Assembly: GCA_028534125.1 (NCBI GenBank)
Contig: CM052832.1
Span: 17,424,001-17,488,000 of the forward strand
Direction: 5' to 3'
DNA: 64,000 nt
Source of the DNA: Lama glama
Taxonomy: Eukaryota
Shown here piece by piece: positions 60,972 to 64,000 of this stretch. The position numbers and the translations under genes are program-made. The notes below the pieces were generated by a model, which ran no database searches, was not told where the DNA came from, and was given only the letters and a program-made list of their open reading frames with translations. The first letter of the stretch is position 1, and each line of letters starts with the position of its first letter.

Positions 60972-62140
60972 TCATTAAATGAATAAATTCTTAGTCCTCT
61001 ATACCATGGAATATAGGCGAGTTTCCCATGCTGGGTGCTTGGACGTTGAAAGTGAGTTTATGAAATTCAGTAAAGGAATGTGAGAGGAAAAGAGGGTCAT
61101 TCTTGCCAATAGGAGAACCAAAGTGGAGCTTTCACAGGAAGGAAAGAGCAACAGTGTTTTAGCATGTGAGAATCTTTTCATATTTATCTCCAAAATCCTG
61201 CACTAAATATAGAAAAGCAGTTGAATCCTAGTGAGTGAAAGAAGTTTTTTGATGCTAGGTTTATTTGAAGTTGCCAAGTTCAGCTTCCTCCTAGGGGGCG
61301 GGAGTGAGGGTGGAATTGTGGAGGCGGAAGGGAATGGATAGGAAACTGGTTAAGTGGCCTGCCCAAGGTCACACGATGAGTGAGACAGAACCACAATCAT
61401 GACCCAGGCATCCTGGCTCCTGCACTAGTGGGGCTTTCTCCACTCGGCCTTTCTCGGTGTCCGCTGTAGCCACCATAAATTAGTCGTACACTCTGACTTC
61501 AATCTACTCTACAACCCCTTGGGGGTTTCTGCTTTTTTTCCAACCTCGTTTGCTGTATGTCGCAGACTGATTAATGCTAAGCCCCAGAGAAGGTAGCAAT
61601 ACAGAAATGTAGGCGTCTCCTAGCAATCCTGCATATTTCAGAATGTAAGAATTACAGAGCCAGGTTTTGTTGTTTCCTGGTTTCTGCCAGAAAATAGGAA
61701 TCCCGAGAGATATTGTAATTAGGACGTAGGGAATTCGGCCCCTCGAATGCAGAATGCAGCGGCAGAGGGACCCTGGTCTCTGGGAGAACTCAAAGCAGCC
61801 GACAGGAGACGTGTCAGGAAATCAGGGTTGAAATCCTGGCTATGTTCATTCATTCACTCATGCGTTCAACAAGGATCTGTGTATTTAACGCCGAAGCGTA
61901 CTGGTTTAACCTGTTCATTTTATATGTGCCAAATAATCGAACCACTTTAAACGTCATTTATCAGTTTTGTGGTTGCTGTGAAATGTATCTAAAAATATCT
62001 GATTGTGGGTATGAGGATTGAGTTAGGATTAAACCGAAAAAGGAAAAAAACGGAATTCAATACGATACTGCAGAACGAATTGCATGGATGAAGGACATGA
62101 TTTTGCCTCATTAGCGTCTGAGGAGGTGCCACCGTCAGCA

Positions 62141-62222
62141 GACGAGGTGGCCGAGTGGTTAAGGCGATGGACTGCTAATCCATTGTGCTCTGCACGCGTG
62201 GGTTCGAATCCCACCCTCGTCG
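62141..62222 (+). tRNA. TRS-GCT: tRNA-Ser (GCT)
   Basis: 82-nt type II tRNA GACGAGGTGGCCGAGTGGTTAAGGCGATGGACTGCTAATCCATTGTGCTCTGCACGCGTGGGTTCGAATCCCACCCTCGTCG. Confidence 0.98.
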
Positions 62223-62739
62223 CGAGGTTCTCTTTGGACATCTGCCTGGGTACCTGAAGGCAGTGGTTCCACGAGAACAGCCCCTTTACCGGAATAGTTC
62301 CGTATTCGCCGCTTAGTTGTGAGTACGGTCAGTATTTACTGTCAGATGCTTGATTATACTCACGCGGAGTCTCCAGATATTTTTCTGAGGAGGCAATTAG
62401 TTAATTGAGGGGCACAGGAAAATATTGCCTAAACCGATATGTACAGCAAATATGTACTTGCAGATATTTTCAGCCTATTTTTAACTACTGCAATTTTCAC
62501 CCAGTTTGCTCATTTAAAGTGTCCCCCTTCCCAATAAACTACTTAAACATTACTAAGGATCTCTGGCTTTGTGGAGGAGGGTATGTTGCTTCCCAGGAGA
62601 ATTATTCGGTCTTCAGTTTTGAACAGAGTAGGAGAGCGGAATACTGCTGTAAGTGACGACAAATGTGCTGTGTAAAGCAGCAGAATGTGTTGTTTCATGT
62701 TCAGATGTCTTACCAGGAAGTACAAAAGCGTCTCCTCAG

Positions 62740-62811
62740 AGGTCCCACCGAGATTCGAACTCGGATTGCTGGATTCAAAGTCCAGAGTGCTAACCATTAC
62801 ACCATGGGACC
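62740..62811 (-). tRNA. TRQ-TTG: tRNA-Gln (TTG)
   Basis: Reverse complement GGTCCCATGGTGTAATGGTTAGCACTCTGGACTTTGAATCCAGCAATCCGAGTTCGAATCTCGGTGGGACCT; TTTT 12 nt downstream. Confidence 0.98.
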
Positions 62812-63359
62812 AACTGAGAAAGTAAATAACCATCCGTAGTGGTGGTTAAATAATTCCTCCATAATAACTTCGGTAGCTCCAGTGCAAAAGAGTTAGGTCA
62901 GGCTTCAGTGCGATAGACACTGAGACAGATAACAGATAATGAAATCTGATGCTTTATTGTTGCTGGGGAAGAGGTAATGGGAAAATTATAATTTGAAGCA
63001 ATCTGGGCGCTCTCTCTTCCGCTTCCGCCAGGAGCGTAAATTAGCTTTCTGGAAGACCAGCAGGGGCGGATCCAGATTTTTGTGAAGTCTGAAGCTTACA
63101 CAATTTAGGAGGTCCTTTTTAAGAAAAAGAATAGACATAATCAACACAAAATTAGATACAGCCACTCCAAGGCATGTATGATGTATGCGAGAAAAGTTGG
63201 AGTAAAAAGAGGCTGCAGTCTTCACCAATTTCCACTATAAAATACTTTTGGAAGTTTCACAAAAACATCTGTTCATACAGGGCGTCCCCTTTCAGGGCCT
63301 TGGAAAGGGCTCAGGCAAGTAAGGTGTCTTGAGGCACTTAGTGAGACTGGATAAATATC

Positions 63360-64000
63360 CCTCCAAAGAGCAGTTTGGCAATATCTATCAAAATAATCTC
63401 TAGCTCAGCAATTTTTCCTTAAAAACTCATCCTATAGAAATACAAAATATTAAAAAAAAACTAAAATATATGTCTAAGGATGCTCACTGTAATATTTTGC
63501 AATATCAGAAACTTGAAAATGTGTCCATTCACTTAATGGGAATAATAAACATCTACTAAAAAGAATGGGATAGATATATGTACCCACAGGTTGGTTTGAC
63601 AAGTTTTTTTTTTGCAAGTTTATGATTTTATTTAGTGTGTTAATATCACCTCATTGAGAAGACATGCAATTTTTAAAAGTTGAAGTCAAATTCACATAAC
63701 ATAAAGTTAACTGTTTTGAAGTGAACCATCCGGTGGCAGTTAGGACATTCAGAGTTTGTCCAACAATCTTTATCTAGTTCCCATACATTTTCATCACCTT
63801 AAAAGGAAACCTGATACCCATTAAGCAGTCACTGTTCCATTTCTCCTTCCCCTCAACCCCTGGCTACCATTAAAATGCTTTCTGTTTCTATGGATTGATC
63901 TATTCTGGATATTTAGTTTAAATGGAGTCATACAGTATGTGACCTTTTGTGTCTAGCTTCTTGCGCTTAACATGTGTTTTCAAGTTTCCATGTTGTAGCC
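63360..64000. mobile_element. L1 fragments (plus, then minus orientation)
   Basis: gcagtttggcaatatctatcaaa; aattcacataacataaa...ctgtttctatggatt...gtttccatgttgtagc. Confidence 0.7.

Noticed and set aside
726..63228. All ORFs in the six-frame track
   Set aside because: Short, low-complexity or repeat-derived, many with non-ATG starts; none resembles a known protein. Peptides such as GCSSVVERMLCMYEAPGSIPGTS are translated tRNA-Ala genes.

Overview
Mammalian, non-protein-coding genomic DNA, most likely camelid (a Vic-1-like tRNA-Ala SINE and camelid-type L1 3' ends; inference). The window is a dense RNA polymerase III tRNA gene cluster. It holds 20 full-length tRNA genes: 11 Ala (4 AGC, 3 CGC, 4 TGC), 2 Phe-GAA, 2 Lys-TTT, Arg-CCG, Thr-AGT, Thr-CGT, Ser-GCT and Gln-TTG. 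At least 7-8 decayed tRNA relics lie among them, embedded in LINE, SINE, LTR and DNA-transposon fragments. Gene order and isodecoder sequences resemble, from memory, the human chr6p22.1 extended-MHC tRNA cluster in reverse orientation. No ORF in the track looks like a real protein, and I see no novel protein-coding system. The most interesting signals are RNA-level and evolutionary: a tRNA-Ala gene with genome-encoded CCA one base before its terminator; a tRNA-Ala isodecoder that looks like the source of the lineage's SINE; birth-and-death tDNA modules with paralogous flanks; isodecoders with stem mismatches; genes lacking a nearby canonical terminator; and CTCF-like motifs beside tDNAs. A perfect 199-bp inverted repeat around a 500-N gap is probably an assembly signature. 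Repeat boundaries are approximate; tRNA coordinates were counted by hand.
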